DNA from: a virus
Lineage: Duplodnaviria > Caudoviricetes
Reading direction: 5' to 3' (one strand)
DNA length: 64,000 bases
Virus record (IMG/VR): IMGVR_UViG_3300031963_000080
Span: 1-64,000 of that record
Shown one piece after another: positions 8,996-19,799 of the stretch (within the stretch, counting starts at the first letter, position 1; the number at the start of each line of letters is the position of its first letter). Both the position numbers and the translations under genes were made by a program. The notes beneath the pieces were generated by a model, which was not told the origin of the DNA, ran no database searches, and saw only the letters and a list, made by a program, of their open reading frames with translations.

Positions 8996-9801
8996 CACAT
9001 TCTTGTCCATTTTTCTGGAATTAAATCTTTAGTATTTTTATCCGAATTTCCTTCGCCAAACCATGTTTTTGGTGCAACAACTTTATTAGAATTGGCCAAC
9101 CAGGCTCCCCACCAAGAAAAAGAAGAATTCGCAATAATATGATATTTACACAAAGTCATAAGACATAAATCAACATAATGATCTCCAGATTCTGATATCA
9201 TAAATCTATCGGAATTGAATATGGATTGCTCTTTACACCATGCAATATCATCAGAAAAAATAATAACTGGAATACCAGGATCCAAAAGTTCCAGTGCTTC
9301 GATATAATAACCTAAATTCAATGGCGTGTGATTTAGATTGGTTAAGTAATCAGTGCGGCGAATATGAAGGCTAACTGCGTCTCCGACTGATTTTATCATA
9401 TCTTCGCAAGGTTTTAGAATTTCCTTTTTAAATGTAAAATCTTCTCTGATTTCTTTTTCTATATGTTTAAAGTATTTTTCTGATTGGAAAAATCCAGCAA
9501 GAGCAATTTCATCTGGACACATATTAAAAAGAACTTCGTCAAAATGAAAATGTCTTTCTTCTGCTATTGGGGCATATCCTCTGTCAAGCAACTTAATATT
9601 TCTCTGTTGGACATGAAGCATTTCGAATGGATAAAATAATTCTATTTTCATATCAAATCCATAAGGATCTTTAATTATATGACTATGATTTGGAATACAA
9701 AAATCATAGCCACGATTACGAGCAATACCTCTTAATGAAGCATACTGAAACATTTGATTTCCAAGTCTGCCCAACTGCCCCAAATGATTAAACGCTAGCA
9801 T
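8995..9801 (-). CDS. GT11 alpha-1,2-fucosyl/colitosyl-transferase
   Basis: GRLGNQMFQYA, FQSEKYF, HIRRTDY, IIANSSFSWWGAWL. Confidence 0.9.
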   Translation of the reverse strand: MLAFNHLGQLGRLGNQMFQYASLRGIARNRGYDFCIPNHSHIIKDPYGFDMKIELFYPFEMLHVQQRNIKLLDRGYAPIAEERHFHFDEVLFNMCPDEIALAGFFQSEKYFKHIEKEIREDFTFKKEILKPCEDMIKSVGDAVSLHIRRTDYLTNLNHTPLNLGYYIEALELLDPGIPVIIFSDDIAWCKEQSIFNSDRFMISESGDHYVDLCLMTLCKYHIIANSSFSWWGAWLANSNKVVAPKTWFGEGNSDKNTKDLIPEKWTRM

Positions 9802-10615
9802 TCAATTGGCTCCTTCTTTCTTTAATATAATTCTGCGACTCATAATATCTTGTTATTGTATCTCTATCCCATGTTCTGATGTTTTGCCAAAGATTGTGAT
9901 TGTCCATAAACTTTGGATTATGGTAATGGGAATTAAAGGTCCTGGAATGTTCCAAGTGATACACAATGTCATTTACTCTACCGACCTTATATCCGAGTAC
10001 CTGAAGTCGATAATAATATTCACAATCTTCTGCTCCCCAAGAAATAAAATTTTCATTCCACATATAAGAATCAATATAAACTTGGCGTCTAATCATCTGG
10101 CCCCATCCCATAACAGATGGCTGGAGCTTTGATGTCGAATTCAATGCTCTCAAATCAAATCCAGATTCAATAAAAGACTCAAATGATGAAATTGGATAAT
10201 CTACTGCATATTGATATACTCCACATCCATATGGATAAACAGCATCAAATGTACCACTAGAAATCATTTCATATGCATTAACATAACTTGCAGTGGGATA
10301 AACAACATCAACATCATAATTATAGACAATCTCAGTATCAGATTCCATTAGAAGATCATTGAGAATCTTAGTCTTGTGAAAAAACTGATCGTCGGATTTC
10401 TCAAATATATGAGTCAAATTATCAAGAGATTTACCAAAAATATTTTTAATTACTGGGATAGCACTGGAAGAAAATACAGATTCTTTGTCTACTTCTTTTA
10501 CAATTATTTTACTTTGAGGAAAGTGGTGCGTAATATAAGAAACTGAAGTAATTATATTTCTTAGTCTATCTTCACTCTCGATTCTACATGGCATTAAAAA
10601 TGTAAGACTATTCAT
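9788..10615 (-). CDS. Glycosyltransferase (GT2/GT7-C-like)
   Basis: DRLRN, YDVD (DxD), WNENFISWGAED. Confidence 0.8.
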   Translation of the reverse strand: MNSLTFLMPCRIESEDRLRNIITSVSYITHHFPQSKIIVKEVDKESVFSSSAIPVIKNIFGKSLDNLTHIFEKSDDQFFHKTKILNDLLMESDTEIVYNYDVDVVYPTASYVNAYEMISSGTFDAVYPYGCGVYQYAVDYPISSFESFIESGFDLRALNSTSKLQPSVMGWGQMIRRQVYIDSYMWNENFISWGAEDCEYYYRLQVLGYKVGRVNDIVYHLEHSRTFNSHYHNPKFMDNHNLWQNIRTWDRDTITRYYESQNYIKERRSQLNASV

Positions 10616-11459
10616 AACTCACCTCAATCCAACTATCCAAAAGAAGATCATTCATATTATAATGACTATACATAGATCCAAACCAAGGTTTAGGAGCAAC
10701 AATAGGTTGTGTTGGATTCCCAATCAACCAAGCACCCCACCAGCTCATTGTGCTGTTGGCAATAATTCCTCCGGTACAAAGAGACATCATACATAAATCA
10801 AAATAAGGAATTAGTGCTTTTTGTCTTCCCTGAAGAGTGTCACAAGTTTGTGGGTACCTTTCTGTATATTCAGAAAGCATAAACCTATCATCCTGGAACA
10901 ATTCTTGTTCTCTGCACCAATCAATATCGTCAGAAAATACAAGCACTAAAGAATTTTCATCAAAATGCTCTAGTGCTTTTTCATAATAAGAGATCGGACA
11001 AGCTGGATGTGCCTCTGGTTTAACCAAATAATCTCCTCGTCGCACATGAAGAAAGATTGGACCAGAAAGATCATCTACTATTTCTCTACAAGGATTTAAA
11101 ATAACATCCTTAAAAGTATAATCTCCACGAATAATATCTTTCACATTTGAAAAATATTTTTCTGAGGTAAAATAATCATGAAGATTAACATTGTCTGGAC
11201 AACTATCAAAAAATTCCTGGACGAAATGGAATTCCCCTGTGGAAATACTTTGTGTATTTAATATTCCAAAGTTACTTTCGACTACAGACTCCATTGTAAA
11301 GCAGTCAAACAATCCGTAGTTTGAGTCTCCGTAGCTATTTGGTGGAGGAATTGTCCAATCAAATCCACGATTTGCTGCAATACCACGAAGTGCAGCATAT
11401 TGAAACATTTGATTTCCCAAACGACCATTTGATCCTAGGTTATTATAACTTATCGTCAT
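10608..11459 (-). CDS. GT11 alpha-1,2-fucosyl/colitosyl-transferase (second paralogue)
   Basis: GRLGNQMFQYA, HVRRGDY, IIANSTMSWWGAWL. Confidence 0.9.
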   Translation of the reverse strand: MTISYNNLGSNGRLGNQMFQYAALRGIAANRGFDWTIPPPNSYGDSNYGLFDCFTMESVVESNFGILNTQSISTGEFHFVQEFFDSCPDNVNLHDYFTSEKYFSNVKDIIRGDYTFKDVILNPCREIVDDLSGPIFLHVRRGDYLVKPEAHPACPISYYEKALEHFDENSLVLVFSDDIDWCREQELFQDDRFMLSEYTERYPQTCDTLQGRQKALIPYFDLCMMSLCTGGIIANSTMSWWGAWLIGNPTQPIVAPKPWFGSMYSHYNMNDLLLDSWIEVSYE

Positions 11460-12277
11460 TATTTTTCCAAGTAAGTTTTATAAATGTAATCTTCATTGAT
11501 AAGAAAGTTCTCAACAATTTCTAGATTTTCTTTTACCGCATCAAGTTTATCATAGTACAGTTCCTCTGTCAACTGAGAAAGATCAAAGTCATCAGTGAGT
11601 ATGATGATGCCTTTTGGATTGAAAAACTTTCCAATATCGGGAGAACCATAATAAATTGGAATGGTCCCAGTAGCAAAACAATCTTGAATCTTTTCTGTAA
11701 AATAAGATTCATAAGAAGCATTTTCGATGGCCACAGAAAACATATAATCTACTAGACCCTCTTCCTTAGATTCAATTTCATTGAATCCCCTACCATAAAA
11801 ATCAACTTTACCTTGAAGTTTTTGTGCCCAAGCCAGACGATATTGATGTCCCTCACACATTACCTTGTTAGAGCAAATCATGGAGACTAATTTAGTTTTA
11901 TCATATAGTTTTGGTTCGGCGATCCAACTTCCATACAAAGGAGCAAACTTAAACTTAGAATGTAATTTAAGTAAATCTTTATGATGCGTAAAAATTGCAT
12001 CATAAACTCGAACATAATAGAGGTAATTTCTCTTCACATCTTCAATGACATCTGGACAAATATTTGCAGATTCTAATAACCAGGCATATTTCCTTTTGCT
12101 GTGCGTGTCATCAAAAGCAAGACTAATGTAGCGGTCTATATAAAAAGTTTCTTCTGCTCCAGAATCAACCCACTTTATGAACTTTGATTCTTGTCTATGA
12201 ATAGATGATGCTTTGTTGTTATTGTCGTAGTTGTTAAACCCACCACCAACTAAATTATATTTCTTTTTAATAGTCAT
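11459..12277 (-). CDS. GT10-like alpha-1,3-fucosyltransferase
   Basis: YMFSVAIENA...YFTEKIQDCFATGTIPIYYG. Confidence 0.85.
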   Translation of the reverse strand: MTIKKKYNLVGGGFNNYDNNNKASSIHRQESKFIKWVDSGAEETFYIDRYISLAFDDTHSKRKYAWLLESANICPDVIEDVKRNYLYYVRVYDAIFTHHKDLLKLHSKFKFAPLYGSWIAEPKLYDKTKLVSMICSNKVMCEGHQYRLAWAQKLQGKVDFYGRGFNEIESKEEGLVDYMFSVAIENASYESYFTEKIQDCFATGTIPIYYGSPDIGKFFNPKGIIILTDDFDLSQLTEELYYDKLDAVKENLEIVENFLINEDYIYKTYLEK

Positions 12278-12303
12278 ACATAAGATAATAAATTACGAAT
12301 TTT

Positions 12304-12987
12304 ATGAAAGTCATTTCTTTTTCATTATATGGAGATAATCCAAAATACACAATTGGTGCAATAAAAAATTCTAAACTGAGAGAAAAGTTTTATCCAGATT
12401 GGCAAATGAGAGTATATCACAACGACTCTGTGCCCAATTATATATTAGAAGAATTAGGTGCCAATAATGTCGTTTTGATCAATACCAAAATAGATCAAGG
12501 AGTTTGTAATGCAATGTGGCGCTTTGCTCCTGCATCAGAAGAAGGAGTAGAATGTTTTATTTCGAGAGATTGTGATTCTCGTTTATTTGAGAGGGATGTT
12601 GCTGCTGTAGAAGAATGGCTAGAATCAGATAAAAAGTTTCACATCATTCGAGATCATCCTGGTGGACATGCATGGGAAATCAGTGCTGGTATGTGGGGAT
12701 GTAGAAATAAGTTTATAGAAAACATACAAGAGAAAATAGAACAATATATTCAAACAAGTTCTTGGGTTACCGATAGAGCAGTAGACCAAAGATTTCTACA
12801 AGAGATAATTTATCCTCAAGCAATTACAAGTTTATTTCTCCACGACGAATACTTTAATTATGAGGAAATTGGCACTCCAATCAAAAGAGACCGTAAGTTA
12901 GATAACTTTGCCTTTATTGGAGAGCCATTTGACGAAGATGATAATCAATTAGAAAATCATCGTGACATGATTATTCAAAGATATTGA
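12304..12987 (+). CDS. Glycosyltransferase-like hypothetical protein (opposite orientation within the island)
   Basis: KVISFSLYG, WRF, SRDCDSR (DxD-like), HIIRDHP, AGMWG, DQRFL. Confidence 0.75.
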   Translation: MKVISFSLYGDNPKYTIGAIKNSKLREKFYPDWQMRVYHNDSVPNYILEELGANNVVLINTKIDQGVCNAMWRFAPASEEGVECFISRDCDSRLFERDVAAVEEWLESDKKFHIIRDHPGGHAWEISAGMWGCRNKFIENIQEKIEQYIQTSSWVTDRAVDQRFLQEIIYPQAITSLFLHDEYFNYEEIGTPIKRDRKLDNFAFIGEPFDEDDNQLENHRDMIIQRY

Positions 12988-13682
12988 AGACTTTCTGGGA
13001 GAATCTTTTGCCTATAAAGTGAAAGATTTTTCTCATACAACATTTTATCAGATTGATAAGGAATAGCAACTTTATTTGCTGGCAAAGAACAAACCTTAAT
13101 ATGCCGTAAATCTTTGACCGTATATCCAAAAGAATATGCACGATAGGACATATCACCATCAGCATAATAATATTGGTACTCTGGATTATACATTCCAATT
13201 TCTCTGAATATCTTCTTACGATATAATCCATAATTCATCACAATTTCTCCACCAGAATCAGCAACATTACATAAACACCATCCAGATGTATGATCTACAC
13301 CATCCAACCAATCTGGATTTTTAGTTTCATTAAAAGATCCATACTTCCAATTAAAAAGATAAAAGTCGTGGTTTGATTGTGTTTCAATGACTACTTTTGA
13401 CCAATCATTGCATAAAATCACATCATCGTTCCACTGACATACTATTTCATGAGTTGACGCACGAATGCCAATATTCATAAAATGTGGATAAGAACTTCTA
13501 CCACCAATCTCAATCAATTTGATTTGAGGATGATTGAGTTGTTTAATATAATCTACTGTTCCATCAGTGCTTCCACCATCAACCAATACAAGTTCCAGTC
13601 TTTTATCAGAGAGAACTGTATTTGCAATTAGGTCAGGAAGCATCCTTACACGATTTAATGTGCCAGTTACGATACTAATCAT
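12975..13682 (-). CDS. Glycosyltransferase family 2
   Basis: ISIVTGTLNR, VDGGSTDGT, WNDD. Confidence 0.88.
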   Translation of the reverse strand: MISIVTGTLNRVRMLPDLIANTVLSDKRLELVLVDGGSTDGTVDYIKQLNHPQIKLIEIGGRSSYPHFMNIGIRASTHEIVCQWNDDVILCNDWSKVVIETQSNHDFYLFNWKYGSFNETKNPDWLDGVDHTSGWCLCNVADSGGEIVMNYGLYRKKIFREIGMYNPEYQYYYADGDMSYRAYSFGYTVKDLRHIKVCSLPANKVAIPYQSDKMLYEKNLSLYRQKILPESLQYL

Positions 13683-14452
13683 CTGTTTAAGTAATCTATG
13701 AATTCAAAATCATTTATTCCAATTATCAATGCAAGCAAACTAACATTTGAAAAACTGTACAAAAAGTGACTACACTTTGAAAGCAAGTAAACGCTAGATA
13801 ATACTTCCTCATTTACTTGAGAGCGATTTAAGCAATTGTGATGGATTGATTGAGACCCACTACTAATTTGAAGCGTGCTATCATAAATGATTCTACTACC
13901 ATATCTATCCAACAAATAATCCAAGTAATATTTGTCGTCTGTTGCAACAAATATTTTTTCTCTGTCATTGGAATCAATTAGTTCAAAGACCGTTTCAATT
14001 TCTATCTCAGGAAGTTCTTCTTTTTTGTCAGTGCCTCTTATTTGAACCCCAAGTGTATCTCCATCAATCCCCAATTTAACTCTCTTATTTTCAAATTTCT
14101 CTACATACTCATCTTTAATCCTAAGAATATTATTATAAACTTTATTCTTAACTTTTAAATTGTCTATATTTGCCGGAGTATGGGCATTATATTGTCCTTG
14201 ATAGATTTGATTCGAAAAATATCTTTCCAACCACCATGACCCGACATTATAAGATTGATTCGATTTCGGAGAAATGTTATCGAATAAATTCAATGTCTGA
14301 CTTTCCACTACTTCGATATTAAAATTATCATTCACAATATAATGCTCCAAAGCCATATCAACAATTCCACAAACAATAGAACAAAATCCCTTGTATGGGT
14401 AGTTAAATCTAGGATCAGAATATGATATGTAACCAGTTTCAGTCAATTCCAA
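13679..14452 (-). CDS. NodZ/O-fucosyltransferase-like glycosyltransferase
   Basis: GVQIRGTDK, IFVATDD, LLSKC...SNVS motifs of GDP-fucose-using GT-B enzymes. Confidence 0.7.
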   Translation of the reverse strand: MELTETGYISYSDPRFNYPYKGFCSIVCGIVDMALEHYIVNDNFNIEVVESQTLNLFDNISPKSNQSYNVGSWWLERYFSNQIYQGQYNAHTPANIDNLKVKNKVYNNILRIKDEYVEKFENKRVKLGIDGDTLGVQIRGTDKKEELPEIEIETVFELIDSNDREKIFVATDDKYYLDYLLDRYGSRIIYDSTLQISSGSQSIHHNCLNRSQVNEEVLSSVYLLSKCSHFLYSFSNVSLLALIIGINDFEFIDYLNR

Positions 14453-15140
14453 TTACCTCATTAAGACCTTTGGAATGAATTGATTCTGGATAATTTCTAA
14501 CATAATTATGCCTATAGATTTTTGGTTTTTCCATCTTATAAGAATTGACCATATCCAAAAACCCAGTTTGCATCATGTGGATTTCTTCGGCATTTTCAAG
14601 TAGTTTAATATAATCAAACATCTTAAATTGGTAATCATTACGAATGATCTTATGTTCATCAGTAACTTTATCCATATCGATATTATATCCCCTCTTTAAA
14701 TCATCCAAAACAAAGATATAATTTTCACCATTAGGATTTAAAGTCCTACAAACTTCATCTTCCTTTTCTAAATCTCTTTCAAAATAAAACTCATCAAATC
14801 TAATTTGAAAATCGAGACCAACAAGATAATAAAATGCCTCATCAAAAGTCATTTTTCCCAAACAGCCATCAAGATTTTCAAATCCAGGTTTGATGAGATT
14901 ATTTTTGACCGTACTATTGTTTTCGACAAACCTTATAGCATCCTCCTCAACATCAAAATTAAAAATTTCTAGATTACTTAGGTCACGATACATATAACTC
15001 ACATTATCGTAATAATGAGTATAACAAAAAAGTACTACATTATCATATTTTTTGCAAAAATGGCGAACCATACCATTACAAATGATATGGTCACCAAGAC
15101 CCAAGTGATGATGAATATACTTGAGCGACATATCACTCAA
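14439..15140 (-). CDS. Hypothetical glycosyltransferase-like protein
   Basis: N-terminal HHLGLGDHI (GT-B/GT9-like GxGD); island context. Confidence 0.6.
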   Translation of the reverse strand: MSDMSLKYIHHHLGLGDHIICNGMVRHFCKKYDNVVLFCYTHYYDNVSYMYRDLSNLEIFNFDVEEDAIRFVENNSTVKNNLIKPGFENLDGCLGKMTFDEAFYYLVGLDFQIRFDEFYFERDLEKEDEVCRTLNPNGENYIFVLDDLKRGYNIDMDKVTDEHKIIRNDYQFKMFDYIKLLENAEEIHMMQTGFLDMVNSYKMEKPKIYRHNYVRNYPESIHSKGLNEVIGID

Positions 15141-15477
15141 CTCCCTTATATAGTTTTACAGAGTCCTCACGGAGAGTTCTTCCCGTTGCGATAGCATTAT
15201 CCACAAGAAGATTAACTGCTTGCACAAGACGAGGACGCTTTACTTTAAAGCAAATATCAATCTTACGCTTCAATTCGGCAATTTCCGTGTCAGTTTTTGC
15301 CTCTTGAATTGCATCTTCCAGCATCCACATACGAGTGTGAAGAATTGAAAGTTTTTCAATCACTTCTCCAAGATTGTCAGTTTCAATATATTCCACATCT
15401 GGAAGTTCTTTATGCGAAAGTACTCCATCAATAGTTTCTTTAATACATTCATCGATTAAGTCGCCCAACTTGCTCAT
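15133..15477 (-). CDS. Hypothetical helical protein of sugar-biosynthesis islands
   Basis: 114-aa ORF with NLGEVIEKLSIL...MWMLED; coupled to both neighbours. Confidence 0.7.
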   Translation of the reverse strand: MSKLGDLIDECIKETIDGVLSHKELPDVEYIETDNLGEVIEKLSILHTRMWMLEDAIQEAKTDTEIAELKRKIDICFKVKRPRLVQAVNLLVDNAIATGRTLREDSVKLYKGVE

Positions 15478-16646
15478 AATTCTCCCAAAATAATTTCCAG
15501 TAAATCCATGTCTCTATTAGAGACAAATTGATTATTTCCGATGTAGATCCCATTTTCATGGATGATATCTACATTTAAATTTTCAGTCTTTCCACTGATG
15601 GAATAATTTTTAAGATAAGGTTGTCTCAAAAGATTTCCACCAACCACAGGTCTATATTCAATTTTATACTTATCCAACAATGAAATAAGTTTAGATTTAA
15701 TTTCTTTTGTTCTACAAATAAAAGGAAAGCAGAAACAACTGTTTCCTTCATTATACACCACTGGGTAAAAATTGTCTTTATTTTTTGGAGCAGACATAAT
15801 TTCTACAAACCTAGTATATGTCTTGTCTCTATTTTCGATGAACTTATCCAATCTTTTGAGTTGAGATAATCCTAACACTGCACCAAACTCAGTGTTCCTA
15901 AAGTTATATCCATCACTTACAAATAGAAAAGATTTTTCTATTTCTAGATTTTGATTCTGATAGTACTTAAACTGGTCGGATACTCTAGCAAGTCCATGAG
16001 ACCTTTTCATTTTCATCAAGTCATATAATTCCCAACTATCTGTAGAAATCATACCACCCTCTACGGTTGACATATGATGCCCAAAGTAAAAACTAAAGGT
16101 GGCACCAAGACTATTTTTACCTATCTTATTTTCACTCTTATCAAGACATCCATGAGATTCGCAAACATCATCAATAAACAAAGCATTAGGGAATATTTTA
16201 CGATACTCTTCAATTTCAGCAGGAATTCCCAATAGATGAGTCACAAATACCATTTTAATGTCTTGATGCAACTCAGAAATAATTTTTAAGTTGTCCAAAT
16301 CAAAACTATAATTTTCAAGATTTACATCACAAAAAATTGGAGTAAGTCCCAATTGAATGATTGGATTAATATTTGTAACCCAAGTGCAAGATGGGACTAA
16401 TACTTTATCACCTTTTTCTAATCCATACTTTTCTATGATAGAAGAAACTAACAAAAAGTTTGCCGTGCTTCCAGAAGTTACAAATAAAGAATACTTACAT
16501 CCTAACCATTTTGACCACTCTTTCTCAAACCTCTCAACATTTTCTCCCTGAGTAAACTTATCGGAAGTTAAAACGAACTTAGCAAGTTGAACTCTATCCC
16601 ATAAAGAGATGGAGTTTTTCATAAGAGGCCACTTATAGTCTGACAT
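15474..16646 (-). CDS. DegT/DnrJ-fold PLP enzyme, ColD-type GDP-4-keto-6-deoxymannose 3-dehydratase candidate
   Basis: TSGSTAN, DDVCESHG, SFYFGHHMSTVEGG (His at the catalytic Lys position), GYNFR, YRPVVGGN. Confidence 0.8.
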   Translation of the reverse strand: MSDYKWPLMKNSISLWDRVQLAKFVLTSDKFTQGENVERFEKEWSKWLGCKYSLFVTSGSTANFLLVSSIIEKYGLEKGDKVLVPSCTWVTNINPIIQLGLTPIFCDVNLENYSFDLDNLKIISELHQDIKMVFVTHLLGIPAEIEEYRKIFPNALFIDDVCESHGCLDKSENKIGKNSLGATFSFYFGHHMSTVEGGMISTDSWELYDLMKMKRSHGLARVSDQFKYYQNQNLEIEKSFLFVSDGYNFRNTEFGAVLGLSQLKRLDKFIENRDKTYTRFVEIMSAPKNKDNFYPVVYNEGNSCFCFPFICRTKEIKSKLISLLDKYKIEYRPVVGGNLLRQPYLKNYSISGKTENLNVDIIHENGIYIGNNQFVSNRDMDLLEIILGEL

Positions 16647-17577
16647 AGTTACTCCTATTTTTTAGGAACCAATCAATAGTAATTTTCAGACCATCTTCAA
16701 GAGAAGTTTTTGCTTTCCATCCCAAAGAACTCATCTTTGAAGTATCAAGTGCTCTGCGTGGAGTGCCATTTGGTTTACTAGTATCCCAAATTAACTTACC
16801 ATCATATCCAACAAGATTAGAAACAACCTCAGAAAGTTCTTTGATGCTTACTTCTCTTTCAGGACCAATATTAATAATTTCTGGATCTTCGTAGTTATTC
16901 ATCAGAAAAACAAGGCCATCTGCAAGATCATCAGAGAAAAGAAATTCTCTAGTTGGGCTACCATCACCAAAACAAACTACACTTTCAACTCCAGAATCTT
17001 TTGCGGAAACAAACTTATTAATAAAACTTGGGATTACATGACACTGCTCAAGGATAAAATTATCATTAATCCCATAAAGATTATTAGGCATTACTGATAC
17101 AGTCGGAAATCCATACTGCTCAGTGTATTTTTTACACATCATGTATCCAGCAATTTTTGCCAGAGAATAAGAAATATTTGTTTCTTCAAGTGGTCCAGTC
17201 ATCAAATACTCTTCTTTGATTGGCACTGGAGCATGTTTTGGATAGATACAAGCAGATCCTAAGAAGAGCAACTTCTTACATCCATTACGATACGCTGCAT
17301 CAATTACATTTGTTTGAATCTGCAAATTTTCACGAATAAAATCAGCGGGAATTGCTTTATTGTATCCAATGCCCCCTACTTTTGCTGCGCCAAGAAAAAC
17401 ATACTCAGGTCTTTCCTCAGCAAAAAATTCATTAACATCTTTCTGAATTCTTAGATCTAATTGTGCTCTGGAGCGAGACAAAAGATTAGTATATCCATTA
17501 GATGTCAGATGTCTAGAAATTGCAGAACCAACAAGTCCCCTATGCCCTGCAATAAAAATCTTAGATTCAAAGTTCAT
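16633..17577 (-). CDS. fcl: GDP-L-fucose synthase (epimerase/reductase; ColC-like possible)
   Basis: [36 protein letters not shown]. Confidence 0.93.
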   Translation of the reverse strand: MNFESKIFIAGHRGLVGSAISRHLTSNGYTNLLSRSRAQLDLRIQKDVNEFFAEERPEYVFLGAAKVGGIGYNKAIPADFIRENLQIQTNVIDAAYRNGCKKLLFLGSACIYPKHAPVPIKEEYLMTGPLEETNISYSLAKIAGYMMCKKYTEQYGFPTVSVMPNNLYGINDNFILEQCHVIPSFINKFVSAKDSGVESVVCFGDGSPTREFLFSDDLADGLVFLMNNYEDPEIINIGPEREVSIKELSEVVSNLVGYDGKLIWDTSKPNGTPRRALDTSKMSSLGWKAKTSLEDGLKITIDWFLKNRSNYVRL

Positions 17578-18568
17578 TTTTACACATGTCCTCAACTAGT
17601 TCATCAAAAGAAATTTTTGGTTCCCAACCAAGTTTTTGTTTAGCTTTTGTGGCATCACCCAAAAGAGTTTCCACTTCTGCAGGTCGAAAATATTTAGGAT
17701 TGACTGCAATGACTTGGTTACCACTAATTGTATCATATCCAACTTCTTCTAGACCTTCTCCCATCCATGCAATTTTCATCCCAAAATAAGGTGCTGATTT
17801 TTCTACAAATTCCCTAACAGAATATTGTTCGCCGGTTGCAATCACATAATCATCAGGTTCGTTTTGTTGTAACATCATCCACATTGCTCTCACAAAGTCA
17901 GCGGCATGTCCCCAATCTCGTTTTGAGTTTAAATTCCCGAGATATAGTATATCTTGTTTTCCAGTTGAAATGCGTGATAATCCGCGAGTGATTTTTCTTG
18001 TGACAAAAGTTTCTCCTCTTCTAGGGGATTCGTGATTGAAAAGAATTCCAGAACTTGCATGTAGTCCATATGATTCTCTGTAATTTTTGACGATCCAATA
18101 TCCATAAAGTTTTGCTACTCCATAAGGCGAACGAGGATAAAAAGGTGTAGTTTCTCTCTGTGGTATCTCTTGTACCAAACCATAAAGTTCGGATGTAGAT
18201 GCCTGATAAATTTTAGTTTTCTTCTCCATGCCCAAAAGACGCACTGCTTCTAGAATGCGGAGTGTTCCCAAGGCATCGACTTGTCCAGTGTATTCTGGCG
18301 TCTCAAAAGAAACTTTTACATGGCTTTGAGCACCAAGATTATAAATTTCATCTGGTTGAACTTTTTGTATAATACTAATAAGATTAGTAGAATCAGTTAA
18401 ATCTCCATAATGAAGATTAATAGAATCATAGATGTGATCGATGCGAGCAGTATTAATAAGAGATGATCGTCGAATTATACCATGTACTTCATAACCTTTT
18501 TCTAATAATAGTTCGGCAAGATATGATCCATCTTGGCCCGACGCTCCAGAAATTAAAGCTTTTTTCAC
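17567..18568 (-). CDS. gmd: GDP-mannose 4,6-dehydratase
   Basis: [45 protein letters not shown]. Confidence 0.97.
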   Translation of the reverse strand: MKKALISGASGQDGSYLAELLLEKGYEVHGIIRRSSLINTARIDHIYDSINLHYGDLTDSTNLISIIQKVQPDEIYNLGAQSHVKVSFETPEYTGQVDALGTLRILEAVRLLGMEKKTKIYQASTSELYGLVQEIPQRETTPFYPRSPYGVAKLYGYWIVKNYRESYGLHASSGILFNHESPRRGETFVTRKITRGLSRISTGKQDILYLGNLNSKRDWGHAADFVRAMWMMLQQNEPDDYVIATGEQYSVREFVEKSAPYFGMKIAWMGEGLEEVGYDTISGNQVIAVNPKYFRPAEVETLLGDATKAKQKLGWEPKISFDELVEDMCKNEL

Positions 18569-18571
18569 AGA

Positions 18572-18922
18572 TCAAATCCTCCCATAAGAATCTTCAATTC
18601 TAACAATGTCTTCTTCAATGCATTTTTCTCCAAGTTGAACTTCTATAATTATTATACCATTATTCCCTCCAGTAATACGATGTTTGGATAAAATTGGAAC
18701 AAAAATATAATCTCCAACTTTTACATTTGTAGTTTCTTCATTTAATTCCAATTTGCCACTACCGCATACCACAACCCAATGTTCATCTCTTTGTTTATGA
18801 TATTGTAAGGATATTTTTTGAGTCGGCTGAATATATAGCCTCTTAACTTTATATCCATCGTCATCTTTTAGATTTTCATGCCAACCCCAAGGTTTATGTA
18901 TTCTTTCTATCATACTGCACAA
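18572..18922 (-). CDS. Type II phosphomannose isomerase C-terminal cupin domain protein
   Basis: KPWG, SLQYH..RDEHWVV, IEVQLG, EDIVRIEDSYGR. Confidence 0.85.
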   Translation of the reverse strand: MCSMIERIHKPWGWHENLKDDDGYKVKRLYIQPTQKISLQYHKQRDEHWVVVCGSGKLELNEETTNVKVGDYIFVPILSKHRITGGNNGIIIIEVQLGEKCIEEDIVRIEDSYGRI

Positions 18923-19734
18923 TTTGTAAAATCGACTTGTCCATTTCGAGTTGCCCAGATTGGATACTCTTTTCCATAATTATTCCAAATCCTAGCTTGT
19001 TCTGGTCCAACTGGAACTCCACTCATCCCAGCAGCATTCCAAATAGTTTCATAAGTATCATCCTCATGGAAAGTAAAATCATGTTCTTCAGACTTAATTT
19101 TCAATAAAAGGGAGAGGATCGATTGATCGTGTCTATGTTCTCTGAAAATCTCATTATTTGTCAATTTCGATGGACTATCATCTAGATATCTCCCATCATC
19201 TTTGACACAAATCGACATCCATTTTTCAACTAAATCTCGAACCATTTGAGTATTTTTCAAAAAGAAAATCCCAGAAATTATTTGTTTTGTCATAAAATGT
19301 CCATCGTCATCTCCCATAATATGACAATAAGTATCCATTTTTGTCCATTGAATTTCGGGTAAATCCAAAGTAAAAAACACTCCTTCAGTATCAATGCATT
19401 CATCATAATACTGATTCAATTTCACCAATCCATTTTTATTCAATTCACAACCAGAATCAACATACAATAGAATATCATTTTCTGGGATACTTTTTAGAGC
19501 CTCCAAAACAAAATAGGGTTTACATGCATAATAGCCATAGTATCTCTGGTTCAATCCAGAACGAAGAGACATCATTGGTTTTATATGGTTGTCCCAAAAA
19601 GAGTTGTTCTCTAAGTCATCCTCCCCATATTCAAGTATTGACTTAAATATTCCAAAATTTTTTGCTTGGTTTTCAATTCTCTTCTTTCCTATAGAAAAAT
19701 TATTATCCCCAAAATAAGTTAAGTGCAAATTCAT
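18910..19734 (-). CDS. Glycosyltransferase-like hypothetical protein
   Basis: KPYFV, LYVDSG, EHRHDQSILS; first gene of the island. Confidence 0.7.
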   Translation of the reverse strand: MNLHLTYFGDNNFSIGKKRIENQAKNFGIFKSILEYGEDDLENNSFWDNHIKPMMSLRSGLNQRYYGYYACKPYFVLEALKSIPENDILLYVDSGCELNKNGLVKLNQYYDECIDTEGVFFTLDLPEIQWTKMDTYCHIMGDDDGHFMTKQIISGIFFLKNTQMVRDLVEKWMSICVKDDGRYLDDSPSKLTNNEIFREHRHDQSILSLLLKIKSEEHDFTFHEDDTYETIWNAAGMSGVPVGPEQARIWNNYGKEYPIWATRNGQVDFTNCAV

Positions 19735-19760
19735 ATGGCAGTAATCACCGATTCATACGC

Positions 19761-19796
19761 ATTATACCAAAAAAGAGGAGTTGTTGTCAACTCCTC
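19761..19796 (-). promoter_or_regulatory. Sigma70 promoter of the glycosylation island, with the -35 box inside a terminator hairpin
   Basis: TTGACA (19790-19785), 18 nt, TATAAT (19766-19761); hairpin GAGGAGTTG/CAACTCCTC plus U-run. Confidence 0.8.
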
Positions 19797-19799
19797 CAT

